A DNA stretch of 63,786 nt, counting the filler, from Octopus bimaculoides (Eukaryota): assembly GCF_001194135.2 (NCBI RefSeq). It is 5 parts of 4 records of this genome, joined end to end, with 100 filler letters (N's around TTAATTAATTAA, not from the genome) between each part and the next. Parts side by side here need not be neighbours in the genome. Positions count along the whole stretch, not along the records: positions 51,680 to 63,786 come from NC_068984.1; 4 more parts are not named here. One strand, 5' to 3'. Below the pieces are notes generated by a model, which ran no database searches, had not been told where the DNA came from, and was given only the letters and a program-made list of their open reading frames with translations. This document shows positions 63,400-63,786 of the stretch, in pieces; the first letter of the stretch is position 1, and each line of letters begins with the position of its first letter. The translations under genes and the position numbers were made by a program.

Positions 63400-63612
63400 A
63401 CAGGATTTATTCTTTGTAAGCCTAGTACTCATTCTATCAGTGTCTTTTATTAAACCGCTAAGTTACGAAAATGTAAACACAGCAACATCAGTTGTCAAAC
63501 AATGGTGGGGGTACAAACACAAGACACAGGCACACACATACACAAATATACACTATATACGACAGTCTTCTTTCAGTTTCCGAGTACGAAATCCACTCAC
63601 AAGGTTTTATTA
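63400..63612 (-). mobile_element. SINE family A, partial
   Basis: Right arm plus part of the left arm. Confidence 0.75.
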
Positions 63613-63748
63613 TACAGTGCCGTATTTTACAATCCTGCAATAACTAAGGAAAATAGTCTAATAACGGGGCATATAAGCCCCCGAGAGAAAAAAAGAAGGC
63701 TTTCCCATCCACGTGGGACGCGAGCCCACATTCCTTTGTTAACATGAT

Positions 63749-63785
<37 letters not shown>

Positions 63786-63786
63786 A

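Overview
Eukaryotic, repeat-saturated genomic DNA, most likely octopus (inferred from the style of the tandem C2H2 zinc-finger gene, the SINE families and the microsatellite load). It comes from a gappy draft scaffold with about 7.7 kb of N in about 26 gaps; four gaps carry an artificial TTAATTAATTAA linker. Only one intact host ORF is supported: a nine-finger C2H2 zinc-finger gene (6803-7582, +) whose probable N-terminal extension is interrupted by an in-frame TAA. The rest is nested transposable elements: at least three tRNA-derived SINE families, RTE, Tx1/L1-like, R4/Dong-like, CRE-like and Penelope-like retroelement fragments, a decayed Helitron Rep, Tc1/mariner and hAT derivatives, and two GG...CC elements with 8-bp target duplications, one filled with TTAGGG repeats. 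The best hidden signal is a complete THAP domain that reads through only after removing a SINE and one copy of its 13-bp TSD; it faces a SWIM-like remnant. Family names come from remembered motifs, not from database searches. Nearly all long ORFs in the supplied track are artefacts of N runs and microsatellites. No CRISPR, rRNA or true tRNA gene is supported.
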